A stretch of 30,813 nt of DNA. It comes from a virus (Duplodnaviria > Caudoviricetes). The stretch's first letter is position 1. Each line of letters starts with the position of its first letter. Made by a program: the position numbers and the translations under genes. The stretch covers positions 1 to 30,813 of the IMG/VR virus record IMGVR_UViG_3300017978_000064. One strand, given 5' to 3'. The notes below the pieces were generated by a model. It worked only from the letters and a program-made list of their open reading frames with translations, ran no database searches and was not told where the DNA came from. Shown piece after piece: positions 25,080 through 30,813 of this stretch.

Positions 25080-25341
25080 CTGTTGCTATTGTTGCTGCTT
25101 CAAGTTGTTTTTCTTTTTCCATTAGTTCGGCATGGTGTGCGTTTGCTCTTACGATTAGTGAGTACAAGGACTCAACAAAACAATTAGAACAAGTTGGCAT
25201 CGGTCTGCCCATCTCTTTAAAGTAGATGTCTCTGATCTTCACGTTATCTTCAGGTGCTACTCTGAAAACTCCAGATGCTTTCCATTTTAGAAAGTTCTGG
25301 TATACATCACCGGTAATGTACAAAATCTCTTCTTTGGTCAT
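25048..25341 (-). CDS. hypothetical CxxC protein
   Basis: PTCSNC motif and basic C-terminal tail. Confidence 0.7.
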   Translation of the reverse strand: MTKEEILYITGDVYQNFLKWKASGVFRVAPEDNVKIRDIYFKEMGRPMPTCSNCFVESLYSLIVRANAHHAELMEKEKQLEAATIATDEQPKRRRRK

Positions 25342-25541
25342 ATGTATTTATTTAATAAAGTTGCTGTTGTTGCTGCTGCGAAAGCAAAAGGTATTCCAAT
25401 CAATGAGTGATACCAAAATAGTGTGATCCAAAAAGCCATACACAGCTCACAAGAAAAAGGCTTTGGAAATTTATACCCAAACTCTCTAACAAAAATCAAA
25501 CTCATCGATGCTATTCCCAAAATCACTAATAAGTCTTGCAT
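25338..25541 (-). CDS. small membrane protein with KPFSCELCMAFW motif (DUF1360-like)
   Basis: Hydrophobic helices flanking a CxxC motif. Confidence 0.65.
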   Translation of the reverse strand: MQDLLVILGIASMSLIFVREFGYKFPKPFSCELCMAFWITLFWYHSLIGIPFAFAAATTATLLNKYI

Positions 25542-26040
25542 TTATTTCTTTTTTAATTGTGTTAATGACCCTTAAGATTTCTTGTCTACTGATATCCGTT
25601 GCTCTGCTTATGCTCCTGGCACTTCGTGGTTTAATGTCTTTAGTCTTGTCTCCTTCAGCGTATAACGTCCAAATCTTCTGTTCATACCAATCTCGTGACT
25701 CTACAACCTCTTCAATAGCTAAATGTAGCATCTCTCTGTAGTGGCTGTCAAAGGTGGTTATCTCTTGTACTTCTACGATGTCGTAAAGTCCTATAGGTGC
25801 AAGGTAGTTCTTTTGAAAGTTTGTGCGTTTGCCGTAAAATTGATTTAAGCCTATTCTGATAATGAAGCCTTCCCAGTAACCGCTCGTGTACTTTTCTTCA
25901 ATCCACTTGTCATCTTTTTCGCATAGAATCAAAAAGAGTTCTTGGTATAAATCAGAGGCTAACTCTCCTGCAATCTTTTGACAGAAATCTCGTACCCACT
26001 TTTGAGTCGTTAAGTCTTTTATGATTTCTTGCTTTCTGAT
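25486..26040 (-). CDS. phage RNA polymerase sigma factor (ECF-like), probable non-canonical ATC start
   Basis: Frame open upstream of the track start through ASDLYQELFL (region 2-like); C-terminal HTH SARSISRATDISRQEI; in-frame TGA two codons before ATC 26040. Confidence 0.72.
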   Translation of the reverse strand: MRKQEIIKDLTTQKWVRDFCQKIAGELASDLYQELFLILCEKDDKWIEEKYTSGYWEGFIIRIGLNQFYGKRTNFQKNYLAPIGLYDIVEVQEITTFDSHYREMLHLAIEEVVESRDWYEQKIWTLYAEGDKTKDIKPRSARSISRATDISRQEILRVINTIKKEINARLISDFGNSIDEFDFC

Positions 26041-26044
26041 ACAT

Positions 26045-26052
26045 CAAAGTTA
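26045..26052 (-). promoter_or_regulatory. Bacteroidota -7 element TAACTTTG in front of the sigma gene
   Basis: Matches TAnnTTTG; 4 nt from the ATC, the same spacing as TATATTTG to ATG at 2353. Confidence 0.65.
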
Positions 26053-26084
26053 ACCCCTATTTTTAAACAAGTTTTCAATATTTT

Positions 26085-26234
26085 TTAAACAATACGTTTA
26101 CTATCGTCTATTGAATAAAGCGTCCATCCTTGCTTAATATACTTTTTATAATAGTACATCAGTTCCTCATCTGTGTTAAGACAAATGTGGATTGATTCGT
26201 AAGACCTCCTCATTGTAATTGTCAGGAATCGCAT
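26085..26234 (-). CDS. 49-aa hypothetical protein MRFLTITMRRSYESIHICLNTDEELMYYYKKYIKQGW... (absent from the ORF track)
   Basis: Hand translation; fills the gap between the DnaA-C gene and the sigma promoter. Confidence 0.55.
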   Translation of the reverse strand: MRFLTITMRRSYESIHICLNTDEELMYYYKKYIKQGWTLYSIDDSKRIV

Positions 26235-26661
26235 TCAATTCTGCTTCGATTTGTTTGAATAGTTTCATTTCGTATTTAGCTCCAATATGCACTAAATCTC
26301 CTATCATATTTCTGCCGTGAATTACTGTGCTATGGTCACGATTGATATACAACCCTATTTTAACCGTTGCCTCTTTCATGTAGACGTTGGCAAAGTAGCA
26401 GAAGAATGATCGTGCAAGTACATACTCTTGCCTTCTTGATTTAGAAAAAAACTCTGTTGGTAGCACATTCGTGACAGAGCAAACTATCTTCATCAGATTG
26501 TCAAGGCTCTTGTGATGCACTTTGATTATCTTCTTTGGGTTGAGAATCATGTTTCTTAATAGTTCAATCTCTTGGTCTTTCTTTGCTAACAAAGCCTCAT
26601 ATCTCGCTTTCATTCGAGCGTGTTGGGCTTTTAGTGTGATTAAATCGGCTTGGTAGTTCAT
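26176..26661 (-). CDS. DnaA C-terminal-like HTH protein with N-terminal coiled coil
   Basis: SRRQEYVLAR..F.Y and IG..INRDHSTVIHG signature of the DnaA domain IV fold. Confidence 0.85.
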   Translation of the reverse strand: MNYQADLITLKAQHARMKARYEALLAKKDQEIELLRNMILNPKKIIKVHHKSLDNLMKIVCSVTNVLPTEFFSKSRRQEYVLARSFFCYFANVYMKEATVKIGLYINRDHSTVIHGRNMIGDLVHIGAKYEMKLFKQIEAELNAIPDNYNEEVLRINPHLS

Positions 26662-27638
26662 ATTGTTTCTATAATTTTAAAAAGTTCTAATGCTACTTGT
26701 GGTACTATTGCATTTCCGTATCCTTTGATAGATTCTGCTCTCCATTTAGAAAAGGTAATTCCGTCCAATTTGGTGGAAAGCCCATCATCTCCGCTACAAA
26801 CTGGGGATTGAGTTGGGAATTTTTGCCAGTTTTGTAGCCCATTGTGTCCTCTACATAGCTCGGTATATCCCCTATCCTCCCTTCGCATCCCTTCCAGTCT
26901 CGGCTTCTTGGTTTTGGCAGAATCCCCATTGTCATTGCTCTTGCTAATGTTACTGAGTGCATACTGCCCTCCTTCACTTGAGTTGATTTCATTGTTGCTG
27001 TCGCATTTGTTGAGTCCATTACTGTCGGTGTCGGTAGCATTCCTCTCTGATAAATGAATCCGCTCTGAACTTCTTGTGCAAGTGTTCCGCTGTTGCCAAA
27101 CTTCTGTTGTTTCTTGCTTAGATTCTCCGTGTACGCATCTGTTGAACATGGTGTTTTGAGCAATAAACCAGCATCTGTCTCGTCTATGCGGTGCGTTTTT
27201 GGCTGCAGCTGGAATAATAAACGGTTGAACTTCGTACCCTTCAGTTTCCAAGTCAAGGCACACCTGCTCGAATACCAATCCGCCATCAATATTCGTGATG
27301 CCAAAGACGTTTTCTGCAATGACGTATTTGGGTTTAATTTCTTGAATTGCTCTAAGCATTTCTCCCCAGAGGTAGCGTTCATCATCTTTCCCTTTTCTTT
27401 TTCCTGCCATTGAGAATGGTTGGCAAGGGAATCCTCCTGTGAGAATGTCAATTGTGTTTGCATATTTTTTAAAATCAGTTTTACAAATATCTATGTGACT
27501 ATCAGCGTTTGGAAAATAATAGTCTAATACTTTACGAGGGAACTCCATCCATTCGCAATGAAATACGTTTTCCCAACCCATCCACTCAGCAGCAAGATCA
27601 AATCCTCCTATACCTGAGAATAAACTTCCGTGCCTCAT
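26658..27638 (-). CDS. DNA (cytosine-5) methyltransferase, catalytic alpha chain
   Basis: Motif I FSGIGG, IV GFPCQ, VI ENV, VIII APHRRDR, X YGNAIVPQVA; no motif IX seen in this frame. Confidence 0.92.
   Translation of the reverse strand: MRHGSLFSGIGGFDLAAEWMGWENVFHCEWMEFPRKVLDYYFPNADSHIDICKTDFKKYANTIDILTGGFPCQPFSMAGKRKGKDDERYLWGEMLRAIQEIKPKYVIAENVFGITNIDGGLVFEQVCLDLETEGYEVQPFIIPAAAKNAPHRRDRCWFIAQNTMFNRCVHGESKQETTEVWQQRNTCTRSSERIHLSERNATDTDSNGLNKCDSNNEINSSEGGQYALSNISKSNDNGDSAKTKKPRLEGMRREDRGYTELCRGHNGLQNWQKFPTQSPVCSGDDGLSTKLDGITFSKWRAESIKGYGNAIVPQVALELFKIIETI
26705..27463 (-). CDS. overprinted alternative-frame subunit (beta chain: TRD plus motif IX) of the C5 methyltransferase
   Basis: 252-codon nested ORF with LKTP/LPTP/LPKP repeats and LNPQFVAEMMGFPPNWT; exact start uncertain. 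Confidence 0.78.
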   Translation of the reverse strand: MQTQLTFSQEDSLANHSQWQEKEKGKMMNATSGEKCLEQFKKLNPNTSLQKTSLASRILMADWYSSRCALTWKLKGTKFNRLLFQLQPKTHRIDETDAGLLLKTPCSTDAYTENLSKKQQKFGNSGTLAQEVQSGFIYQRGMLPTPTVMDSTNATATMKSTQVKEGSMHSVTLARAMTMGILPKPRSRDWKGCEGRIGDIPSYVEDTMGYKTGKNSQLNPQFVAEMMGFPPNWTELPFLNGEQNLSKDTEMQ

Positions 27639-28864
27639 AGTATTTCTTTATAACGTGTGTAACGCCCTTCAAATGACATTGGTACAGATACACATTGCCC
27701 ATGTCTATTCTTGCCTATAATTAACTCAGCATCCATTTCAATCTCAGGCTTATCGTCTGAGTAATACGCTGGTCTAAATGGAAATAAAACAATATCAGCA
27801 TCTTGTTCAATTTGACCACTCTCTCTTAAGTCTGAAAGCATTGGTTTCTTTTCAGCTCGTTTTTCAGTTTCTCGTGAAAGTTGTGCAAGTGCAATAACTG
27901 TAATTCCTAACTCTTTAGCCAAAAGTTTAAGAGTTCTACTGATGTGTGCAATCTCTTGCTCTCTTATTTTCTGATGGCTTTTGATTAACTGCATATAATC
28001 AATGAAAACTATATCTAACCCATGTTTTGCTTTGTGTAGTTTTATCTTCGCTATAATGTCATTAATATCACTATTGCTGCCATCATCAAGAAAGAAGTCC
28101 ATATTCATTCCGTAAAGTTGCTCTGTGATTTGTTTTAAATCAGATTCAGTCAACCTTGCACTTCTTATTTTGTAGTTTTCTACATTCGCAATAAACGAAA
28201 GATATCTTTTTGCAAGTTCCTCTTTTGACATCTCCAAAGAAATAAATAGAACCTTTGCAAGTCTACAGGAGTCAATGGCAAGTGAAAGAGCTATTGCAGT
28301 TTTTCCGCTACCAGGTCTACCTGCTATTACAACCATATTCCCTTTATTCCAACCGCCTAAATATTTGTCAAGGTATTTCCATCCTGTGCTTATGCCTGTC
28401 ATGTTAGTTCCTCTTTGAACTGCCTCGTATAAGGTGTCAATTACATTTCCTGCAACTGAAGAAATTACTTTTGCTTTTTGCCCAACACTTACGGTGTTCT
28501 CTTGCAACATCAAATTGATTTCGCTTATTATTTCGTTTAGATCACGGTCATAATTAAAATAAGCCATCTTAGATTGAATGTTGTTTTTCTTGTAAGCAAT
28601 TTCAATCTGAAGAATCTCTTTTTCTAAATTGACGTTTGTAGTTACAAGATTTTGCATGGTTGCAATCTCTCTCAGATGTTCACGATGGCGTAAACCAATA
28701 GAGGATAAACTTACAGGCTCATTGCTCATGTAAAACTCTTGCATTGTAGTTACAACGTCTTTTCTAAATGAGCTAAACCATAAAGGGTTTAATTTCATTA
28801 TAAAGTTATGTGCATCAGGATAAAGAAACATTTGTCCTAATATGCTATTTTCTATTTCAATCAT
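27635..28864 (-). CDS. dnaB: replicative DNA helicase
   Basis: GRPGSGKT, SLEM, IDYMQL, LAQLSR, DLRESGQIEQDAD and KNRHG motifs. Confidence 0.96.
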   Translation of the reverse strand: MIEIENSILGQMFLYPDAHNFIMKLNPLWFSSFRKDVVTTMQEFYMSNEPVSLSSIGLRHREHLREIATMQNLVTTNVNLEKEILQIEIAYKKNNIQSKMAYFNYDRDLNEIISEINLMLQENTVSVGQKAKVISSVAGNVIDTLYEAVQRGTNMTGISTGWKYLDKYLGGWNKGNMVVIAGRPGSGKTAIALSLAIDSCRLAKVLFISLEMSKEELAKRYLSFIANVENYKIRSARLTESDLKQITEQLYGMNMDFFLDDGSNSDINDIIAKIKLHKAKHGLDIVFIDYMQLIKSHQKIREQEIAHISRTLKLLAKELGITVIALAQLSRETEKRAEKKPMLSDLRESGQIEQDADIVLFPFRPAYYSDDKPEIEMDAELIIGKNRHGQCVSVPMSFEGRYTRYKEIL

Positions 28865-29423
28865 CTAATGTTGCTCTTTTATGTGTTATCGTTGTTGTTT
28901 GCAAAGTTATCTTTTTTGGTGGATAAATACCGCTGTAATTATTTGCTATGCTATACTCTACAGCGTTTGTAAAGTCTAAAGGGTTTGGATAATCTTTAAC
29001 AATTGTTTTCTTCAATGCTTCAAGTCCAGTAGGTTTATACGTTTGCTTTTTCTCTTTCTTGTACTGTAACCATAAATTTAAACTCTCTTTGTATTCTTTT
29101 ACATTATCATTATCATTATCATTTACATTAGCTTTTACTTTGCTTTCGTTTAGGTTATGTTTAGGTTCTATTTTGGTTTCAGTTAGGTTTTCTTTTGCTT
29201 TCTTTGGTCTACCTCCTTTATTGCCATTTGCATACTTACGCAAATTTGCATCTAATTGAGGTTTAATAAGTTTAAAGATTGTAGATGGTAAACCACTTAA
29301 ATCAATTTGATTTTGGTTTAATCCATACTCAAAAACTGCTTCCAAAACTTTCGCTTGGTGTAGTGGCTCAAGCTCTTTGATAGCATCATAGAACGAGCGA
29401 TAAATTATCATTGATTCTCTCAT
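28857..29423 (-). CDS. putative replication initiator (DUF6291-like N-terminus)
   Basis: YRSF..AI..L, IKPQLD and NG.KGGRP patterns; low-complexity linker; helical C-terminal domain; directly upstream of dnaB. Confidence 0.72.
   Translation of the reverse strand: MRESMIIYRSFYDAIKELEPLHQAKVLEAVFEYGLNQNQIDLSGLPSTIFKLIKPQLDANLRKYANGNKGGRPKKAKENLTETKIEPKHNLNESKVKANVNDNDNDNVKEYKESLNLWLQYKKEKKQTYKPTGLEALKKTIVKDYPNPLDFTNAVEYSIANNYSGIYPPKKITLQTTTITHKRATLDD
29102..29200 (+). repeat. iteron-like array (7 x TTWGSTT at an 11-bp period) plus adjacent CATTAT tandem repeat; putative origin
   Basis: Units start at 29128, 29139, 29150, 29161, 29172, 29183 and 29194; (CATTAT)3 starts at 29102. Confidence 0.7.
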
Positions 29424-29575
29424 AAATAAAAAATGCCCATAGAAAATAGATGTGAGAGAGACATCTATTAACTACGGGCAAATATCTTTTAACTTAACCA
29501 TCTCTCTCATGGTTGTGTTTTTAATATTTAAAAGAGAGGCAGCAGGTGTTGTTACTACCCCTCTGATTTGGTGTA
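29424..29575 (-). ncRNA. structured 5' leader with two complementary-loop hairpins and a terminator-like stem (candidate cis-regulatory RNA)
   Basis: AACCAT-GAGAGAG-ATGGTT (29496-29514) and AATAGATGT-CTCTCTC-ACATCTATT (29445-29469), the latter extended by TGCCCGTAG/CTATGGGCA and followed by T7. Confidence 0.7.
29472..29510 (-). CDS. 12-aa leader peptide candidate MREMVKLKDICP
   Basis: ATG lies in the first loop-hairpin after an A-rich run; TAG lies in the 5' arm of the terminator-like stem. Confidence 0.4.
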   Translation of the reverse strand: MREMVKLKDICP

Positions 29576-29577
29576 TG

Positions 29578-29585
29578 CAAATATA
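29578..29585 (-). promoter_or_regulatory. Bacteroidota -7 element TATATTTG for the replication operon
   Basis: TATATTTGC immediately after the upstream stop codon; identical to the element at 2358-2365. Confidence 0.7.
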
Positions 29586-29587
29586 AA

Positions 29588-29800
29588 CTAAATTTCGGGA
29601 TTTTCCAACTGAATAAACCCAGTATGTCTATTACTTCCCATTTCTTTTAAAAATTGCACTTCTACTTTTGCGGAGTTAATGATTACCTGTGCAACCTCGC
29701 TGATTGCTCTTGCCTTCTCTATTTCCATGTCTCCGTCTTTAAGCATTTCAATAGTTTCAAATAGATGGTGTCTCAGGTCTTGAATTTTGTCTTTTGCCAT
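29588..29800 (-). CDS. small helical hypothetical protein, partner of the upstream HNH gene
   Basis: DLRHHLFETIEML...ARAISEVAQVIINSAKVE; overlaps the upstream gene. Confidence 0.8.
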   Translation of the reverse strand: MAKDKIQDLRHHLFETIEMLKDGDMEIEKARAISEVAQVIINSAKVEVQFLKEMGSNRHTGFIQLENPEI

Positions 29801-30380
29801 GTTCTGTGATTAATTTAGTTATTGTTTTTTTTAAATGTATTACTTCTTGTACGTCCTCTGGAAGATTAATCCAATGGTTTCTATTCATGTGTTCTTGTCT
29901 TGTGATTAGCTTTAAATTATCGATAGCAAAGTTATTGCGATCATTGTCTATAAAGATAACCAAATCCATGTCAGGTACTTTTACTCCGTAATATTCTTCG
30001 TAAATAACACGTTGTTTAGGTCTGTACTTGCCGTTTCTTTTAATTTCTATATATCCGTCTCTGTTTATTCTTTCAGTTCCTTCAGGAGTCCAATTGTGTG
30101 GCTTATGACCTTTTTTAAAAGTGGTGTTGCCTCCCCAACCTTTAGGCATTTTTTTGCCTGTATTCCAGCTCTGATGACCGGGTTTAAACTGCGTTGGTAT
30201 GTTTGGCTTAACAACATAAACCTTGTTGTACATCCACTCCTTTGAACGTCTAATGCCATGACTTTGAGCAGCACAATAAACTTGAGATTTAGTTGCGTTA
30301 AAATATTTGCAGATTTCGTGAATTCCTGTATCTACATACATCTCACGCAACTTATCTACTTTATCCTTTGTCCACCGCAT
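29757..30380 (-). CDS. HNH-like protein with NUMOD-type repeats and N-terminal HTH
   Basis: WT...L HTH start, FKPGH/FKKGHKPHN repeats, DGYIEIK, IDNDRNNFAIDNL. Confidence 0.8.
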   Translation of the reverse strand: MRWTKDKVDKLREMYVDTGIHEICKYFNATKSQVYCAAQSHGIRRSKEWMYNKVYVVKPNIPTQFKPGHQSWNTGKKMPKGWGGNTTFKKGHKPHNWTPEGTERINRDGYIEIKRNGKYRPKQRVIYEEYYGVKVPDMDLVIFIDNDRNNFAIDNLKLITRQEHMNRNHWINLPEDVQEVIHLKKTITKLITEHGKRQNSRPETPSI

Positions 30381-30672
30381 AACCTAAATCATATTTGACC
30401 TTTTCTTGTTGGTTGTGTCTATCTTGGTACATTTCACCTCTTAAGTGAGGATAGAACATCTGCAACTTGCGTCTTATTCGTGTGATGCTTTGTGCATTGC
30501 AGAGATGACCGTTTTTAATTAAATCTAAAAACATTTGTACATTTTCAGGTCTCATTCCACTATCGTTCATCTCCATTGCCCAGTAGTCAGCGATTAAGAT
30601 ATTATCGTTATCTCTTGCGTGTGGGTTGTTTAACAAACAAGCAGTCACTCTTCTTTCAATTAGTTTGTTCAT
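30361..30672 (-). CDS. hypothetical protein (start revised to ATG 30672)
   Basis: PHARDND..LI..YW and SITRIRRKLQ..YP.LRG patterns; the 5' part of the track ORF overlaps another gene. Confidence 0.75.
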   Translation of the reverse strand: MNKLIERRVTACLLNNPHARDNDNILIADYWAMEMNDSGMRPENVQMFLDLIKNGHLCNAQSITRIRRKLQMFYPHLRGEMYQDRHNQQEKVKYDLGYAVDKG

Positions 30673-30813
30673 TGTTAAATGTTTCGTTGTAGTCTTGGTC
30701 AATATCATTTTTATCTGCTCGTTCGTGAGACCATGAATAACAAAATTCAATCATCTCCTCCTTGTGCATTGCTTTGGCTTGTTCAATGATAGATTTATCA
30801 AAATTCCAATTTG
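30656..30813 (-). CDS. 3' part of the end-spanning hypothetical protein (...NWNFDKSIIEQAKAMHKEEMIEF...YNETFNNEQTN)
   Basis: Open from the right end to TGA at 30656; in frame with the ORF starting at 64. Confidence 0.75.
   Translation of the reverse strand, partial: NWNFDKSIIEQAKAMHKEEMIEFCYSWSHERADKNDIDQDYNETFNNEQTN

Noticed and set aside
2178-30245. All plus-strand ORFs in the track (e.g. 6535..6849, 8851..9210, 9885..10211, 12832..13167, 27093..27413)
   Set aside because: They lie antisense to well-supported genes and show no recognisable motifs; they are most simply explained as codon-bias shadows.
1-30813. CRISPR array, tRNA genes, integrase, reverse transcriptase/DGR, stop-codon reassignment
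   Set aside because: No repeat-spacer pattern, cloverleaf, recombinase or RT motifs were seen by eye. Genes tile densely under the standard code, with TAA, TAG and TGA all used as stops.

Overview
The window appears to be an essentially complete ~30.8 kb tailed dsDNA phage genome (siphovirus-like), with every credible gene on the minus strand. One small ORF reads in frame across the window ends, which points to a circular or circularly permuted assembly. TAnnTTTG promoters point to a Bacteroidota host. In transcription order (right to left) the modules are: HNH/NUMOD pair; replication initiator with an internal iteron-like array; DnaB; a C5 methyltransferase with an overprinted second subunit; DnaA-C HTH protein; phage sigma factor; SAM methyltransferase; HNH; TerS-like protein; glycosyltransferase; TerL; frameshifted tail chaperone; tail-tip genes; tape measure; protease; scaffold; major capsid; tail tube; fibres; portal; neck genes; lysis; Cro-like HTH; Erf/exonuclease; small-gene cassettes. 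I recognised no integrase, DNA polymerase, tRNA or CRISPR array. The strongest signals are regulatory: (1) a 5' leader of the replication operon with two hairpins whose 7-nt loops are perfectly complementary, plus a 12-aa uORF and an attenuator-like U tract; (2) a sigma gene apparently translated leaderless from an ATC codon, with four matching fixed-spacing late promoters; (3) a split methyltransferase encoded in two overlapping frames. Protein family calls come from motifs recognised by eye; no database searches were run.
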